Shown piece by piece: positions 14,610-15,277 of a stretch of DNA of 15,277 nucleotides (within the stretch, counting starts at the first letter, position 1; each line of letters starts with the position of its first letter). The translations under genes were made by a program, and so were the position numbers. Source of the stretch: Nanopusillaceae archaeon (lineage in GTDB: Archaea; Nanobdellota; Nanobdellia; Nanobdellales; Nanobdellaceae); the NCBI GenBank assembly GCA_049974095.1, contig JBMFJD010000012.1, positions 2,723 to 17,999 of the forward strand. Direction: 5' to 3'. The notes beneath the pieces were generated by a model, which saw nothing but the letters and a program-made list of their open reading frames with translations, was not told the DNA's origin and made no database searches.

Positions 14610-14897
14610 ACTTATAATAAAAATGTATTATGGAATACCGGTGCAAGGTTCAAAGATATAAATATAGATATTTTTCATATAGGAAAGGTTATAGTAGTTA
14701 GATTTGAGAATATAAAATATATACCAGCATATAACTTTTTCGAAAAGTATAAGGATAAGGTAGATGCATTTATCACAGTATCTTCAGGGAGAATGAGTGG
14801 TTATTTAGTTATAAAAGCTGCATAAGCGATATCAAAAGAAACTGATAAAAAAGTTATAGCAATTGTAGCAGATAATTATGAAAAATATAGAAAATAG
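14589..14897 (+). pseudogene. Possible gene remnant: reading frame with no ATG start, interrupted by an in-frame TAA
   Basis: The track ORF starts at TTG inside the A3 promoter module and has no in-frame ATG near its 5' end. After the TAA at 14823-14825 the same frame continues as AISKETDKKVIAIVADNYEKYRK to the TAG at 14895-14897. Confidence 0.25.
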
Positions 14898-14909
14898 AAA
14901 AAAGAAGGT

Positions 14910-15131
14910 CTAGTGAGAGAAAGCTGCTCTTAATCCTTCAGCCCATCTATTAGCTAATTCTGGTGCCATTGAACTCATTACAATTGAATAGTTCTTTGCT
15001 GGTGTTGAATTACAAGCTGCATCTCCTACACCTAAGAAAGCTCCTACATCTCTACAATATTTTTGTGCTGTTTCTGGTCTGGATACTCCCTGTTGGTATT
15101 TTGTCTTTGCGTAATCTAATGTTTTGACCAT
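14910..15131 (-). CDS. Small Ala/Gly-rich hypothetical protein, 73 aa, compositionally distinct from its neighbours
   Basis: ATG ORF with TTTATAAAA about 24 nt upstream (minus strand, about 15151-15159). It is visibly more GC-rich than the surrounding genes. Family not recognised. Confidence 0.65.
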   Translation of the reverse strand: MVKTLDYAKTKYQQGVSRPETAQKYCRDVGAFLGVGDAACNSTPAKNYSIVMSSMAPELANRWAEGLRAAFSH

Positions 15132-15200
15132 ACTATATTATTATTGTCCTTTTATAAAAAATTATTGTTTATATTCTTTGAAGCTAATTCTATTTTTAGT

Positions 15201-15277
15201 TCATACTCTATAAACTCTATATAGTTGATCTGTTATAGCATAACCTGCTCTAACAAGAGATCTCTTATCTATAGCAT
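15201..15277 (-). CDS. 3' end of a gene entering from the right edge of the window (last 24 codons)
   Basis: The minus-strand frame reads ...AIDKRSLVRAGYAITDQLYRVYRV, with TGA at 15201-15203. It is open to the window edge but too short to identify. Confidence 0.3.
   Translation of the reverse strand, partial: AIDKRSLVRAGYAITDQLYRVYRV

Overview
AT-rich window (about 30% GC by eye) with archaeal hallmarks: TATA-like boxes about 25-27 nt upstream of start codons, an Hjc-type Holliday junction resolvase homologue, and Sec-signal proteins dense in N-X-S/T sequons. It probably comes from a thermoacidophilic crenarchaeon, a DPANN-type symbiont, or one of their mobile elements or viruses; I cannot tell which without a database search. 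More than half the window (6326-14609, minus strand) is a head-to-tail array of six paralogous secreted, putatively glycosylated proteins. They belong to two unrelated families in the order A-B-B-A-B-A, followed by a translationally coupled 145-aa cytoplasmic protein. All six genes share a nearly identical 5' module of TATA box, start codon and signal peptide. One family-B gene carries a recent 513-bp in-frame tandem duplication, and the paralogues are mosaics of each other. Upstream lies a 1024-aa two-module surface protein with a Ser/Thr/Pro stalk and a C-terminal membrane anchor. Its promoter and signal peptide are repeated at the left edge of the window, which implies another copy outside it. 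Between the two glycoprotein blocks is a small cytoplasmic gene cluster: a ParB/Srx-like protein, an RHH-like protein, and a coiled-coil protein coupled to a short Hjc homologue whose catalytic Glu is replaced by Gln. None of the glycoprotein families is recognisable to me, and all functional readings of them are inference.
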